Shown piece by piece: positions 39,557 through 50,094 of a DNA stretch of 64,000 nucleotides. The stretch's first letter is position 1. Every line of letters begins with the position of its first letter. The translations under genes were made by a program, and so were the position numbers. The DNA is from a virus (Duplodnaviria; Caudoviricetes), in IMG/VR virus record IMGVR_UViG_3300021963_000124, positions 975-64,974 of that record; one strand, written 5' to 3'. The notes beneath the pieces are model-generated. The model was not told where the DNA came from, did no database searches, and was given only the letters and a program-made list of their open reading frames with translations.

Positions 39557-42500
39557 TTATATAATGAAAATACTTTGACTCAAAGATAAACTCTGAGTTA
39601 AAACAGGTAAATATGATAATGAACTCGTATTGGTTGACGATGTTATTTCATATGAACTTATAATGTTTGTAAGTGAAGTATTTCTAGATTTTATAAAAAT
39701 TTGATCTTCATTAACATTTAAAGTTGAAAGAGAAGATTGGGTTATATAATTTAATTTTGTATTATCTGTCAAAAATTGAGTCGAATCAGCGTTTAAAGAT
39801 TCAACTGTATTTAAATAAATTTGAAATTTTTGTAATGGCTTATTTTTGTAAGATAAATGTTGAAATGGATATATATTCGTTATTGATAAATCGTCGTCAG
39901 TAGTAACGTGATAATTTTCTCCGACTTGATGTATAAAAGATGAAGATGGGACTGAAATCACTCTTGATAATGTAATTTTTACAGGATTTGACTGTTTGTC
40001 ATTGCTATAAATTTCTTGAATCTCTTCAATTTTTCTTAAATAACATATTTTTTTCTGGTTGTAATCATAAAATGGTTGGTTTTTTTGAATATATTCATTG
40101 AAATAATATTCATTTCCATCATTCGAAATATAACCATTATTAAGATTTGTTGATTTACCAAACAATGATTGTTCTGATATATTTATTTTTGTATTGTAGT
40201 CTGACGTAGGAAATATATATGCTTCAAAATTATCATAAAGATTTATATTTCCATCATACGAAAGTAATTCTTCTTTAACAATTGGTTTTACTGATATTCT
40301 TGGTCTTTCTAATACAGAAGGTTCTACTAAAATTCCTCCTATAAATTTTGTTCTGGCTGGAATTATATTTTTAATAGTATCAAATATAGAATTGTCTATA
40401 TAATTCTTATATATTGTTATAAATTCTTGATATAACACTTGTTCTCCGTCAAATTTATAATAATTTTCACGTAAGGTTTCCAATGATTTATATTTGGGTT
40501 CAAATATATTGCCTGGATCTCCTATATCATCCATTAAATTTAAATCTCCATAAAAATTAATTATATCATCGTCTTTAGATTTAAATGGTGAAACGTACAC
40601 ACCCAATATATTCGAATCAGGAGACATTTGATCTAAATTAACTGCAACACTTTGAACAGGTGAAGGAAATGCGGTCAATTGTTGTTCTATTTTTCTTATT
40701 TTGTTATTTTTTAATTTATTTGGTCCATATTGAGATACAATTACATTTTGTGGTATCTCAACAATCTCAAATTGATATGGATATATTGATTGAGAATAAG
40801 GCACACAATTAGATGATTGAGTAACCGAATTATAAGAAAAATTATATGCGGATGCAGTAGGAGTAGGATATGATTTGCCCTCAGGAAAATCAGGATAAAT
40901 AGCAACTACACTTGATGAATTTTGTAAATTGACTGGATAATCATAACTATACTTATAATACAAATTTTCCCAAGTTTGTAGAGTTTCATCGTTTCCGTAG
41001 TAACTAAAATTCTTACAATATTGGTCAAAATCATAATCCGAAACTGAATTTTTTATTATATTTATTTTATCAAGCAATCCTGTGAATTTATTTTGAGAAT
41101 CATAATTTCCAAAATATAAAAATCCGTTTGAAGAATAAATTTCGTTATAAGTTCTTGTCAAAACTATGCTCGATGAATGATTAAATGCCAATCTTTCACC
41201 ATCGTATGATTTTAACACCAAATCATATTTGATAGGAACATAATTTTCATCATTTGAAGGATCTAATAAAGATGATGTTTCATTTCTACGGAGTAAAATA
41301 TTGAAAAATGAATCGACATTAAAAACAGGAACGTCAGTAATTAATAATTTTTTATCTTGTATTTCAAAAATTACATCTCCATATTTGTCTTTTTTTCCTT
41401 TTGTAAGATATAACTTCCATCCATTTATATCTTTACTTGCTAGTTCAATTGATTCATTTTGAATATAACTCTTGTTTAATTTAAATGTAAATTCTAGTGA
41501 TTTTGAACCAGAGTAAGGGATTTTTATAAATTCGTTGTTAGATGAAAATTTTGTAAAGTAATATTTTTGATTATATACATAACTAGTTTTTTTATTTTTA
41601 TATAAATCGTTATTTCCAAATTCTCTAATTGTAAGAATATTTAATGGTATTCCATGACATGCCAATATTAAATTAATACATTCTTGTGTTCCTTTTGTTT
41701 TATAAATTTGAGGTAAAGTATCTAATATTCTCTTCCAAATTGTTTCTGTCTTATCCTTATATGACATTACATTTGAAAGATACGCATCTATTTCATTTTT
41801 ATTAGCATAATCTGTAGATGTATCCCATCCAAATGTCTTTAACATATAATACACAAAATCAGAAACATAACTATCGTTTGATTCTGATGCATTTAATATT
41901 GGAAACGCCTTTATATAAGAATATATGTTATCGAAATGATGACCTATCATTGTTAAAAACAACAAATAATCAGAATTGTTTTCATCATTTTTAATATTTT
42001 CAGGAGTATTGTTAGTCAAACTATCGATATTTTGAATGTCATATTCTTCGGCATTTAAAACATAATTGTAATAATTTGAATTTACATCATTAAGATTGCC
42101 ACTGATAAGATTTTGATTATTATATAAATAAGATTCAAACCCATCGAATGAATTTAAAATTTGATCAATTGATTTTTTATAATTTTCTATTTGAGATGTA
42201 TATGAAGATGATACTACAAGATTTGTCGAACTATTCGACGAAGAAACAGAACTGCTAATATTTGAATCTAGTGTATTAATTAATTCTAATTTATTTTTTA
42301 ATATTTTTGTTCTAACTGCAGCAGAGGAAAACACTATAAAATTAGAAAAATCTGAATAATCTATATTTAAAGTTTTTAATTTTTTGGTAACGTTAATCAA
42401 CGACAAATCTCTTTCTGTAACGTTGTCACCTAATGAGGAAACATTTTTAATTGAATTTTTTTCAGAATTCAACATTGGAATTGAAAAATCAGGACCAGAT

Positions 42501-43756
42501 ATTTTAAAATTTCTAACTTCTGTTTTTCCAATTAAGATTACATTTTGAACAATAGGGGCAATACTAACATTTGAAATCCAACATAATGTTTTAACATCAA
42601 ATTCACTTGGGAGAGGTGAATCAAGTTTTATTAACAATTCAATATGTTTATCATCAGATTCATTTTGATTAGTATAAGAATGATCCAAATATCTTATAAT
42701 AATTCCGTTTCCAAAATTCAATGCATTTTTATAATAAGAATAAAACTTATTTATGAATACATTTCGAACTATTGTCAATGCTTGTTTTACAAATAATTCG
42801 TATACAATATTAGATACTATTTGTAAATTTAATGCTAAATTTGAATTAAAAATATTAATAGAACTCAATTGAGTAAGATATTCACGTTCAATGATGTATT
42901 TTATTTGTTGAAATAATTCATCAAATGTTATTATATTTTTTGAATATGTATATAACCAATATTTTATATAATTATTTATACCAAATAAATTTTTAATTGT
43001 TATTTGATTTGTAAGATTTAATTTTAATTCTTTTGCTCCATTATATACATTATTTATAAAATTTATAGCGTCTTCATCACTTTTAAATCCAAAAGAATTT
43101 TTGAAATACTTTATTTGATCTGGAAATTGTATTGCGTAATTTTTGTAAGTTTGATCGCAATTATATTTTGATGTTGATGTTATTAATAATTCTGTTATAT
43201 CTTCAACCAATACTAACTTTCTTGAAAATGATTCATATGATAAATTTTCATAAAAAATGTTATTGTCATTTGATCTTTTAACGAAAGAAGGTATAAGTTT
43301 TAATTCTGTTCTTGATGGTGATATATCTGAAATTATCAAGGGATAATCTTGACTACCTGCCACATTTCTTAAAAAGTTGTAAGATACTACATGTTGTCCA
43401 TTAAAAATGTTTGAAGACGACAAATCAGATTGAATATCTATCAAAATATTATTATTATAAGTGATATAATCAGTATTTACTTTTCTATAGTTATAAGTTA
43501 TTGAATTGCTATCAACGTCTTTATATATTCCGATTTCAGATAAATATTTTATTGATGGTTTTTTGTAAACCCAACCATTTTGTTCTCCTATAGTATTATA
43601 ATATGAAAATTCAGTTAAATCTCTTGCGGATTTTCCAAAAAATAAATCTGGAAAATTTGTATTTTGGTTATATATAATCACATCCGATTCTGAAAAATAA
43701 GATGCGGTATTATAACTACTCGTAAAATTACTTACTAATGGATACGGAAAAGTCAT
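39557..43756 (-). CDS. Large baseplate wedge protein (gp7-like)
   Basis: MIGHHFD, LPQIYKTKGT...I..IL..HG, IKNIIPAR motifs of wedge subunits, and synteny. Confidence 0.6.
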   Translation of the reverse strand: MTFPYPLVSNFTSSYNTASYFSESDVIIYNQNTNFPDLFFGKSARDLTEFSYYNTIGEQNGWVYKKPSIKYLSEIGIYKDVDSNSITYNYRKVNTDYITYNNNILIDIQSDLSSSNIFNGQHVVSYNFLRNVAGSQDYPLIISDISPSRTELKLIPSFVKRSNDNNIFYENLSYESFSRKLVLVEDITELLITSTSKYNCDQTYKNYAIQFPDQIKYFKNSFGFKSDEDAINFINNVYNGAKELKLNLTNQITIKNLFGINNYIKYWLYTYSKNIITFDELFQQIKYIIEREYLTQLSSINIFNSNLALNLQIVSNIVYELFVKQALTIVRNVFINKFYSYYKNALNFGNGIIIRYLDHSYTNQNESDDKHIELLIKLDSPLPSEFDVKTLCWISNVSIAPIVQNVILIGKTEVRNFKISGPDFSIPMLNSEKNSIKNVSSLGDNVTERDLSLINVTKKLKTLNIDYSDFSNFIVFSSAAVRTKILKNKLELINTLDSNISSSVSSSNSSTNLVVSSSYTSQIENYKKSIDQILNSFDGFESYLYNNQNLISGNLNDVNSNYYNYVLNAEEYDIQNIDSLTNNTPENIKNDENNSDYLLFLTMIGHHFDNIYSYIKAFPILNASESNDSYVSDFVYYMLKTFGWDTSTDYANKNEIDAYLSNVMSYKDKTETIWKRILDTLPQIYKTKGTQECINLILACHGIPLNILTIREFGNNDLYKNKKTSYVYNQKYYFTKFSSNNEFIKIPYSGSKSLEFTFKLNKSYIQNESIELASKDINGWKLYLTKGKKDKYGDVIFEIQDKKLLITDVPVFNVDSFFNILLRRNETSSLLDPSNDENYVPIKYDLVLKSYDGERLAFNHSSSIVLTRTYNEIYSSNGFLYFGNYDSQNKFTGLLDKINIIKNSVSDYDFDQYCKNFSYYGNDETLQTWENLYYKYSYDYPVNLQNSSSVVAIYPDFPEGKSYPTPTASAYNFSYNSVTQSSNCVPYSQSIYPYQFEIVEIPQNVIVSQYGPNKLKNNKIRKIEQQLTAFPSPVQSVAVNLDQMSPDSNILGVYVSPFKSKDDDIINFYGDLNLMDDIGDPGNIFEPKYKSLETLRENYYKFDGEQVLYQEFITIYKNYIDNSIFDTIKNIIPARTKFIGGILVEPSVLERPRISVKPIVKEELLSYDGNINLYDNFEAYIFPTSDYNTKINISEQSLFGKSTNLNNGYISNDGNEYYFNEYIQKNQPFYDYNQKKICYLRKIEEIQEIYSNDKQSNPVKITLSRVISVPSSSFIHQVGENYHVTTDDDLSITNIYPFQHLSYKNKPLQKFQIYLNTVESLNADSTQFLTDNTKLNYITQSSLSTLNVNEDQIFIKSRNTSLTNIISSYEITSSTNTSSLSYLPVLTQSLSLSQSIFII

Positions 43757-43757
43757 A

Positions 43758-44177
43758 TTATGATGATGGGGTCAATTGAGAAACGATATTGTTAAGTTTT
43801 GTATTAGCATCATCTCTCTCAGCTTTGAGTTGTAATATTGCATATTCTAGTTCGGCAAGAGCATCAGGTGTAATTGTAATACCATTAGCAGATATATTCA
43901 AACTGCCACTTGCTCTTAATATAGATTCGACAAAATTTGTTGAAGTATTCACATTCGTATCAATAGGAACATTTATAATTGGAGAAAATTCTTCAAATAC
44001 AGTAGAATTTACGGCTTCTACTTTATTAATGTCATATGAATAATCATATAAACCTACCTTTAGGTATTTAGTTTCGAAACTCGGTTTATTTTCATCAATA
44101 ACAAGGTTACCTACATTATCCAATTGATATGTATATGTTCCATTTAAAATAAATTGATTTAATTTTTTTTGATACAT
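43758..44177 (-). CDS. Hypothetical baseplate-cluster protein with C-terminal coiled coil
   Basis: 139-aa ORF in a tightly packed operon. Confidence 0.55.
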   Translation of the reverse strand: MYQKKLNQFILNGTYTYQLDNVGNLVIDENKPSFETKYLKVGLYDYSYDINKVEAVNSTVFEEFSPIINVPIDTNVNTSTNFVESILRASGSLNISANGITITPDALAELEYAILQLKAERDDANTKLNNIVSQLTPSS

Positions 44178-44180
44178 AAA

Positions 44181-46601
44181 TTATCTTGTTATGGTAAATA
44201 TATTTCCATTATCAAAAATTTTAGTTTCACCATCAATTATAGTTTTTATTAAAATTCTATAATATCTTTCAACTGGCAATGTAGTAGTATCTAAATTGAA
44301 ATAATGAATAGTTCCGTCACAACTTAATTTTGTATATTCGTCAAAATCAAGAATCGTGTTTTCACTATTATTATCTTTTATTGCAAAATAAGTTTCTTCG
44401 GGTAACAAACTAGAACTAATATATTGATTTTGTTGATAACCTTTTACAAAATTTTTCAATGGAAATTTTTCTCTCGCAAATACATTTATTCTTACCACTG
44501 ATCCAAATTTATAAGATCTGTTTAAATTTTTGACAATTATTGTATATGGATTAAATGTATTAATTGATGTTAAATTTCCTATAATATATTCACTATCATC
44601 ATAAGCAACATCTAAACACGGAGAATATATTGTATTACTTTCTTTACTGAAGAATTTTATTGTTCCATTAACATTATCAATTCCAGATAATTCTAACGAA
44701 GTCAATAAGATAAATCCGTCGTTTGGAACACACCCGCATATCCATCCTTTGACTATATCAGTTACATCCATATTAATATCTGATGTTTGATAATTAAATG
44801 ATTGTGAACAAATCAAAGAGCTGCCTGTATTGATGTTACAAAACTTTGATTTGAAAGTTTGAGTCAAACTTGAAGCTACACTTGCAGATGTAGATAATTT
44901 TATGGTTTCAATTTGATTATTTATATATGAAATTACACTTGAAGAAAAATAATTCAAAATACTTGAAGAAAATGAATTATTTGTCACCACAAGTGAACTT
45001 GATATCAATGATGACGATACACTTGAACTTAAATAAGACAAAAATTCTGAATTTAATATACTTGCAGAAAAACTAGATGATTGTTCAGTCAATGAACACG
45101 AACATTCACTTGAACTATACCAATAATTTGAAGATAATGCAGATACTAAATTTGTATAAAATCCATCATAAATATTATAATTATTTGATGATGATATACT
45201 TGCGGAAATACTTGCAGTAACTAAATTACTAATATTAGTGTATAATTCAGAATAAATCGTTGATGACGCAACGCTACTGGATAATGATAATATGTAATCA
45301 TAAGATTGACTTGTATATGTAATTAGAGATGAAGAACTTTCCAATAAACCTTGAATACTAGATGATAGACTTCCTAAAAACAATATACTTGAGGAATAGT
45401 CAGTATTGTATTGTTCGTTAGTAATCTCATTTGTTAATAACGATACATATAACGATGATAACGAAGAAGAAATACTTGCAGATGTAGTATTATATGCAGT
45501 TGTAGCAAAACTATTTATAAAAATATAATTTTTATACGCATTTGAATTTGAATTCAATGATGATGATACAACTGAATTTAAACTGCCAGATAATAATGCT
45601 GGAAAACTGGAGGTTAAATTTGTCTGTAAACTCGTTGTATATTGAGATTCAAACGTAGGAGTCGAACTAGCAGTATTAAAAAATTGTGTTTTAATACTTG
45701 AAGATGGTTGGACATATGTGTTTGGAACCGAATAATACCATGTTCCTCCTTGATTTTGAAATGATGCAGAAGATACACCGGATGATATCAAATAATTACT
45801 TGATGTAACGTAATATGATGTAGATCCTGTTCCATACCATAAATCTTTAGTATATATTGAATCCGTTTTATAGTTCCAACTTACGCCGACATCATCGCCA
45901 CCATATGCATATCTGCCGACACCCATAATCCAACTGTGACTCACAGGATATGCATATATTTGATAATTTAATGGAACCTGAGAAGTCTCTGTAGCTTTTA
46001 ATTTTAAATTAAATTTTATATTATCTGTATTTATATCACCATTTATAATTGATTTTGAAATAGATGTTAAATCAAATTTTAATAAAATTCTACTTAAATC
46101 TGGATTGTTTACATAACCATAGTATGGTTGGTAAACGTCAGCAGTTCCACTCAACTGTCCATGTAATGATCCATTAAATTTATATAAAGTTCCACTTGCA
46201 TAACAAAACGATCCTGTAAATGAACCTGTTATGCTGCCCGTAACTGATCCTGAAAAATGTCCATTTGCATCTGAAAAATTAGTGTAAGCTACAGTAGCGC
46301 CATTATAAGATCCTGATAATCCTCCATTAAATCGTGACGAACTAAAATATGATGAGCCGGATACATAAATCGATGCATAACTGTCTCTACCAGTTACATC
46401 GCCAACTATTGATCCTGAATAATTAATTAAAGATTGACTATAGTAACCAATAAAAGGTAAGGATACATATGAATTTAAAACTCTTGTAAGTTGTGGAATT
46501 GATTTTAATTCTAGAATCTCATCGATTCCAAAATTTTTATTAACATACATGGTTTCATTCGTAATATATGTATCTTTTTCTGGATATACAAATATGTGCA
46601 T
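44181..46601 (-). CDS. Virion protein with DNRLRE-like domain interrupted by Ser-rich inserts
   Basis: KDTYI...NFG.DEILEL...SRILLKFDL...YPVSHSW..G...VSW...DVTDIVKGW...NDGFIL...FFSKE...P.L.V.Y. Confidence 0.55.
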   Translation of the reverse strand: MHIFVYPEKDTYITNETMYVNKNFGIDEILELKSIPQLTRVLNSYVSLPFIGYYSQSLINYSGSIVGDVTGRDSYASIYVSGSSYFSSSRFNGGLSGSYNGATVAYTNFSDANGHFSGSVTGSITGSFTGSFCYASGTLYKFNGSLHGQLSGTADVYQPYYGYVNNPDLSRILLKFDLTSISKSIINGDINTDNIKFNLKLKATETSQVPLNYQIYAYPVSHSWIMGVGRYAYGGDDVGVSWNYKTDSIYTKDLWYGTGSTSYYVTSSNYLISSGVSSASFQNQGGTWYYSVPNTYVQPSSSIKTQFFNTASSTPTFESQYTTSLQTNLTSSFPALLSGSLNSVVSSSLNSNSNAYKNYIFINSFATTAYNTTSASISSSLSSLYVSLLTNEITNEQYNTDYSSSILFLGSLSSSIQGLLESSSSLITYTSQSYDYILSLSSSVASSTIYSELYTNISNLVTASISASISSSNNYNIYDGFYTNLVSALSSNYWYSSSECSCSLTEQSSSFSASILNSEFLSYLSSSVSSSLISSSLVVTNNSFSSSILNYFSSSVISYINNQIETIKLSTSASVASSLTQTFKSKFCNINTGSSLICSQSFNYQTSDINMDVTDIVKGWICGCVPNDGFILLTSLELSGIDNVNGTIKFFSKESNTIYSPCLDVAYDDSEYIIGNLTSINTFNPYTIIVKNLNRSYKFGSVVRINVFAREKFPLKNFVKGYQQNQYISSSLLPEETYFAIKDNNSENTILDFDEYTKLSCDGTIHYFNLDTTTLPVERYYRILIKTIIDGETKIFDNGNIFTITR

Positions 46602-46602
46602 A

Positions 46603-48582
46603 TTACATTACATCTCCTTTAATATCGGTTTCTGGATATTTCACTTCAAATATACACGGATCTAATGAAGGATATATTATTTTGTTTTTTGTCGCTGCAT
46701 TTATATCATATTGATGTGGAGAATAATTTCCATCATTAATATTAAGATTATATATCATCAATTCAGCAACAGATTGAACTCCATCGACTTTTGCGATTTC
46801 TAATTCCAATTGACTTAAATTAATTGGTTGTGAAAACCCCCATTTTTCAATATCAAAAAATTCTCTAACTTTTTGATTGCAATTATTCAATACATCTCTC
46901 TTATTATAATTGTTATATATTACAATTTTGTAATTAACTCCTATGTTTATTATATATCCGTCTATAATATTTACACCATCAGTCAATAATCTATATTTTG
47001 ATAAATATTGTTTTAAATTGTATGTTAATGCTTCATTTATTTGAGTCAAATGTTTTTGAGAATCGTATGACAAAACATACAAATTTATTGAAAATGGATT
47101 ACTGATATCATAATTTATTTTTCTGAAATAATTTTCAACTGCGTCAGTTATTCCAGTTGCATTGTTATTATTATCCACAAATCCACTTACATTTTTTTGT
47201 AAATTGAAACTTAAATCCACATCTGATTTTACGTATGCCTTTGCTACACTTCCAAATCTAGAAGGCATGGATAATGATCTAACTACGTAATCATCCTTAG
47301 TCACTGCTCTATTTTGAGAAACAAACAAAGATATAGCATTTTGTCTTATTTCTTCAACGCTTTCTTCATCTTTGCCACCAACCGCTGCTACAAAATTGTT
47401 TACTCTCAAAGATTGAATTACCGTATTAAACAAATTTTGTTCAATTGGATTAAATGAGGTTGCATCATTTAATAATTCATAAGAATTTATTCGTATAATT
47501 TCATTGACATTGCAATTAGATAATAATCCGCCACCAACTATATAAGTTATTGTCAACGTTGTATTATATGGCGAAACTCCATATGTATTTGTTTTTAAAA
47601 AATTACTACTATCCAATGAAATGTCAATGTTTGAAATATTTGAAAGTCCAATTCCAATAATGTTAGAGTTTGGATATATAATTTCATCTGCGGAATTATC
47701 TAAATTGGCACCAAATTCTAAATATGTAGTATTGTTGGCAGTGACGTTTCTTGTAAATTTTCTTGAAGTTTTCAATGACTTCATTATTTTAGGAACTTCT
47801 GTTTTATAAATGTAAAAAGATCCATCGTTAGTTTGAATATTATCAATATCCGTAAATATTACATCTTGAGCAAGATAATCTACCTCATACCATTTATTAT
47901 TGTTATCATCCTTTACTTCTACAATTTCCAAAACATTTGTTTCATCAAATTCGATTTTGTAAAATGGAGTAGGATTTCCAACCGAAACCGTTTTTACAAC
48001 CAATTCGCCCGCAAATGCATTCACCACTTTTCTCAATAAAAAGAATTGAGGAACTCCTAATGAGTCTCTAGAATATACAGTAACTTCTCTAGGCGAAAAT
48101 TTTGTATCAACAGAAAAATCGACAGATTCATTTGTCAAAAATCTTTGACCTGATATATTTTCAAACTGTGCATATTGTTTTATTGATAATGAATACTTAT
48201 CGTCAGGAATGTAATTTCCATCATTGTCTATTTTTGAAGGAACTAATTGAAAAAGTTCTAATTGAGTAGTAGCCGATTTAGTAGCAGATGGTCTATAACC
48301 AAGATATTTAGCTAAGGTTAATACGTTTTTCCGTTCTTCGGCATATGGCATCAAACTTTCTTTAAATTGATAATCTATATAATATGAAAGAACATCACCA
48401 ACATAAGATGCTTGTTCTATAAACATCGTTCCTGGGGACGCATCACTAAAATCTTGATAACTTCTAGGATAGTAATTTTTTGCAAAATCAATTAATCCTT
48501 GTTTAAAAGAGTTAAAATCTCTATTAAGATATTTAACATCTTTATTTAAAGGTTGAAATGATTTTTGTATATTGTCAGGCAT
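46603..48582 (-). CDS. Baseplate wedge protein, T4 gp6/baseplate J-like
   Basis: YLNRDF, DFSDASPG, YVGDVLSYY.D, LAKYLGY, GG.DEESVEEIR, QNRAVTKDDY. Confidence 0.9.
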   Translation of the reverse strand: MPDNIQKSFQPLNKDVKYLNRDFNSFKQGLIDFAKNYYPRSYQDFSDASPGTMFIEQASYVGDVLSYYIDYQFKESLMPYAEERKNVLTLAKYLGYRPSATKSATTQLELFQLVPSKIDNDGNYIPDDKYSLSIKQYAQFENISGQRFLTNESVDFSVDTKFSPREVTVYSRDSLGVPQFFLLRKVVNAFAGELVVKTVSVGNPTPFYKIEFDETNVLEIVEVKDDNNNKWYEVDYLAQDVIFTDIDNIQTNDGSFYIYKTEVPKIMKSLKTSRKFTRNVTANNTTYLEFGANLDNSADEIIYPNSNIIGIGLSNISNIDISLDSSNFLKTNTYGVSPYNTTLTITYIVGGGLLSNCNVNEIIRINSYELLNDATSFNPIEQNLFNTVIQSLRVNNFVAAVGGKDEESVEEIRQNAISLFVSQNRAVTKDDYVVRSLSMPSRFGSVAKAYVKSDVDLSFNLQKNVSGFVDNNNNATGITDAVENYFRKINYDISNPFSINLYVLSYDSQKHLTQINEALTYNLKQYLSKYRLLTDGVNIIDGYIINIGVNYKIVIYNNYNKRDVLNNCNQKVREFFDIEKWGFSQPINLSQLELEIAKVDGVQSVAELMIYNLNINDGNYSPHQYDINAATKNKIIYPSLDPCIFEVKYPETDIKGDVM

Positions 48583-48587
48583 ATAAA

Positions 48588-48983
48588 TTATATATTAGTA
48601 GTAGTAGTCACAAATGAAAAACTGCTGGTTTCTTTATTATATGTAAATTGAACTTTCACTCTTATTATATAATTATTAATATCATTGTTTTTTTCAGCAG
48701 AAGAAATTTCCAAAAACACTTGATTTACAAAAACATTGGGAAACCAAATATTAATATCTTCTTTTATAATATTTTTTAATATATCTTCAAAATCATCCGT
48801 TTGTTGTTCGAATAAAAAATTATATAAACGTGTTCCGAATTTGGGATTAAATCTACGTTCAAGTGGACGGGTATTGAAGAAATTTAATAAATTCGAACGA
48901 ATCTGTGTAAGAGAATCATAAGATTGTTGAAAATATCCACTATTTCCCCTTTGCAACGGCAACGTTAATCCTATAGTAGTCAT
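48588..48983 (-). CDS. Baseplate wedge protein, gp25/GPW-like
   Basis: QIRSNL...T...ER.FNP.FGT.L..FLFEQ. Confidence 0.9.
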   Translation of the reverse strand: MTTIGLTLPLQRGNSGYFQQSYDSLTQIRSNLLNFFNTRPLERRFNPKFGTRLYNFLFEQQTDDFEDILKNIIKEDINIWFPNVFVNQVFLEISSAEKNNDINNYIIRVKVQFTYNKETSSFSFVTTTTNI

Positions 48984-48985
48984 AA

Positions 48986-49477
48986 TTATTCAGCGTTAAC
49001 CATTCCGGATGAAATATTTCCTTCTTTTTTCTTTTTATCCACTGCTTTCATCAAAGATCTAAAATCTCTATTCATTATATTCATTACTTTTGACTGTTCT
49101 TTATTTACAGGAGCAGAATGCTGTTCAAAAGATTCATTCAAATTTGAATTTTTAGATTCAAATGACGACAAACTATCAGTATTCATCAGAGGACTAGAAT
49201 ATCCTACGAAAGATCCTTCTTTTGGAACTCCACCGACAGTCTCATTTAAAACTTTATTTAACATTTCATTATTTGTATATTTTTTAAATGATTTTACAGC
49301 CGGCGATTCAACTGAAGACTGTAAAATATCTTCAGATTTAGAATTTTCACGGATATTATTCTTGACATTACTCGACAATATCTCAGTCAATATTTGTGGT
49401 ATCATAGTAGGTAATATTGTCTTTAATTCTTCTTGAATAATACCTCTTATTATAGATTTTAATTCGTTGGTCTTCAT
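48986..49477 (-). CDS. Hypothetical protein
   Basis: Starts MKTNELKSIIRGIIQEE and has an LNKVLNET motif. Confidence 0.6.
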   Translation of the reverse strand: MKTNELKSIIRGIIQEELKTILPTMIPQILTEILSSNVKNNIRENSKSEDILQSSVESPAVKSFKKYTNNEMLNKVLNETVGGVPKEGSFVGYSSPLMNTDSLSSFESKNSNLNESFEQHSAPVNKEQSKVMNIMNRDFRSLMKAVDKKKKEGNISSGMVNAE

Positions 49478-49520
49478 ATAGTATAATTATCAAATGAAAT
49501 TAGATTAATTGATATGTAAT

Positions 49521-50090
49521 TTAAACATTTGCAGATGGGGTATTTGGTTGACAAGGCAAAGTAAAATATGGTGGTTTTGGTATATTTGGTAAATTTGGCA
49601 ATAAATCTTTAATATTTGGTAAGGTTATAGGTTCATTTAACCACAATTTTACTTGTTCTTTATAACCAGGAATTGGATTCAACGCATCTAATGTAGGAAC
49701 TGATGGACACGGAACTAATCCAAGTTTGTCTATTTCATTTTTTACAACATTACTAGGGTCAATATCAGGCAAACTTGGAACTCCAGGCAAAGATAAATCT
49801 GATGATTTGGGAATAAATTGTGTAATTCTGTCTACAAGTTCTTGTTTGCTTGGAAGACCAACCGAAGGTCTGTCAGGTAATGGAGGACAAGGAATAGTAT
49901 CTGTCGATAATAATGGAAATTTGACGCAATCAATAACAGGTTTTTGATATTTTAAACCAGAAACCGACTTTGTAGGATCTGATTTTATAGGACTTCTAGT
50001 ATTAATATTAGTAAATGAATTTGCAGTATTAGATACTCCACTTAATGGATTTGTTGCATTTGGCAAAGTAGGTTTAGATAATATTGACAT
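49521..50090 (-). CDS. Pro-rich hypothetical protein downstream of the spike gene
   Basis: 189 aa with LP/IP repeats and several Cys. Confidence 0.5.
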   Translation of the reverse strand: MSILSKPTLPNATNPLSGVSNTANSFTNINTRSPIKSDPTKSVSGLKYQKPVIDCVKFPLLSTDTIPCPPLPDRPSVGLPSKQELVDRITQFIPKSSDLSLPGVPSLPDIDPSNVVKNEIDKLGLVPCPSVPTLDALNPIPGYKEQVKLWLNEPITLPNIKDLLPNLPNIPKPPYFTLPCQPNTPSANV

Positions 50091-50094
50091 ATAT

